DNA of 48,942 nucleotides, from positions 28,319,336 to 28,368,277 of the forward strand of contig NC_068991.1 in assembly GCF_001194135.2 (NCBI RefSeq), in the 5' to 3' direction. Position 1 is the stretch's first letter. The number at the start of each line of letters is the position of its first letter. The notes beneath the pieces were generated by a model. The model was not told where the DNA came from. It worked only from the letters and a program-made list of their open reading frames with translations, and ran no database searches. A program made the position numbers and the translations under genes. Source of the stretch: Octopus bimaculoides (taxonomy: Eukaryota). Below, in pieces: positions 48,650 through 48,942 of the stretch.

Positions 48650-48942
48650 CCATCCCCTATTCCCAATTCCTCCGTCTACGCAGACTTTGTAGCGACAACC
48701 ATGACTTTGAGACTCAGTCTCAACTCATGGCTCACCACTTTAGCCTGCGAGGATATCCACCCACCACCATCCACACCGCCCTTACCAGAGCACGTTCTGT
48801 GGACCGTGCATCTGCCCTCTCCCCCCGAACTCGCTCTGCCGTTTCCCGCCTCCCTTTTCCCCTCACCTACCATCCCACCACCCTACCCCTCCAACGCTCC
48901 ATTCTCCGAGCTTTTCGGCGCCTCCAGTCCGACCCTTCCACC
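48650..48942 (+). mobile_element. Penelope-like RT C-terminal fragment, cut by the window end
   Basis: [22 protein letters not shown]...FSLRGYP...LPFPLTYHP. Confidence 0.88.

Overview
AT-rich, repeat-dense eukaryotic genomic DNA from a draft assembly, with N gaps at 3332-3402, 12549-12964, 22516-22712, 30011-30775, 32429-32767 and 38417-38426. The repeat mix (tRNA-derived SINEs, (ATT)n/(GT)n/(GA)n microsatellites, R4/Dong, RTE, CR1-group, Tx1 and Penelope retroelements) suggests a coleoid cephalopod, probably Octopus; this is inference. The only host gene I can support is the 3' part of a + strand SEFIR-domain (IL-17-receptor-like) gene. It has a 45-nt basic juxtamembrane exon (5217-5261) that splices in phase to a 611-nt terminal SEFIR exon (10020-10630). 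The intron between them holds a 163-bp, ~93% identical copy of the gene's own C-terminal end, lodged between two RTE fragments. The rest is decayed, nested transposons: five or six R4/Dong pieces, several RTE and CR1-group LINEs, Tx1-like pieces including an ORF1-only element, two Penelope elements, a full-length IR/DR Tc1, a fragmented hAT, two Merlin (IS1016-like) remnants missed by the ORF track, LTR-like segments and two foldback hairpins. I found no rRNA, true tRNA or CRISPR array. All family calls come from motif recognition by eye, not database searches, and many TE boundaries are approximate.
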